Below, piece by piece: positions 63,528 to 64,000 of a DNA stretch of 64,000 bases. Under the pieces are notes generated by a model that was not told the DNA's origin, ran no database searches, and saw only the letters and a list, made by a program, of their open reading frames with translations. The position numbers and the translations under genes were made by a program. Source of the DNA: an uncultured bacterium. GTDB taxonomy: Bacteria > Patescibacteriota > Minisyncoccia > Phycocordibacterales > UBA6065. Each line of letters starts with the position of its first letter. Positions within the stretch are counted from its first letter, which is position 1. The DNA lies in contig CBIMES010000001.1 in assembly GCA_966243015.1 (NCBI GenBank), forward strand, positions 426,076 to 490,075, read 5' to 3'.

Positions 63528-64000
63528 ATGTCTAAAAACGACACCATTCTCAGTTTCGACGAAGTCTCGTTCGAGTACGGCCACAACAAGCCCATACTGA
63601 ACGAGGCTTCTTTCTCCGTGCGCAGGGGCATGAAGGTCACGCTCATGGGCCAGAACGGCGCGGGCAAGTCCACCCTCTTCGGCCTCATCGCCGGCGCCTC
63701 AAAGCCCGAGTCGGGCAAGATCAATCGCGCCCAGGGAATGACCATGGCCACCGCCAAGCAGGTCATCCCCCGCGAGGACCTCGACCTCACCATCCGCGCC
63801 TTCTTCGAGAAGTGCTTCGCCCAGAAGGTCTACGATATCGACCCGCGCATTGACGAGGTGTTCGAGGCGGTTAACTTCAGCGCACCGCACGACCGCATCA
63901 TCCGCTCGTTCTCGGGCGGCCAGCAGGCGCGCATCCTCCTCGCCTCGGCCCTCATCCAGAAGCCTGACCTGCTCCTCCTCGACGAGCCGACCAACAACCT
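63528..64000 (+). CDS. ABC-F family ATPase (partial, runs off the right edge)
   Basis: Not in the ORF track. MSKNDTILSFDEVSFEY...GQNGAGKSTL...FSGGQQARILLASALIQKPDLLLLDEPTNN; DEPTN(N/H) is typical of ABC-F. Confidence 0.88.
   Translation, partial: MSKNDTILSFDEVSFEYGHNKPILNEASFSVRRGMKVTLMGQNGAGKSTLFGLIAGASKPESGKINRAQGMTMATAKQVIPREDLDLTIRAFFEKCFAQKVYDIDPRIDEVFEAVNFSAPHDRIIRSFSGGQQARILLASALIQKPDLLLLDEPTNN

Noticed and set aside
1-64000. Alternative genetic code (UGA as Gly, code 25)
   Set aside because: Conserved genes are full-length under code 11, and several (vsr, pheA, DUF1697) end at TGA where expected

Overview
64 kb of a GC-rich bacterial chromosome using genetic code 11 (TGA is used as stop). 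The gene mix suggests Patescibacteria/CPR, Parcubacteria-like (inference): secG-orphan SBP-rnj, lemA/TPM, Gmad2, SIMPL, DUF456, PIF1 helicase, TM-wHTH proteins, giant secreted proteins, and only isolated biosynthetic enzymes. It holds about 65 CDSs, tRNA-Ser(GGA) and tRNA-Gln(CTG). I found no rRNA operon, CRISPR array, integrase or transposase. The most striking unexplained element is a ~320-nt minus-strand non-coding unit (63132-63453) with its own promoter and terminator. It reproduces the core of the 16S rRNA 5' domain (h7, h11, shortened h12, GGAGGCAGCA) with non-rRNA hairpins in place of h8-h10, and sits head-to-head with an ABC-F ATPase gene. Other notable features are: stacked fold-back elements built from tRNA 3' ends behind both tRNAs; a NYN nuclease plus a candidate small RNA between identical 30-bp repeats; a dispersed GGCTCAGT(G/C)CACTGAGCC palindrome family; widespread leaderless gene starts; a TorF-like beta-barrel in a presumed monoderm; and a LexA operator filling its own promoter spacer. 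All family calls come from reading motifs by eye; no searches were run.
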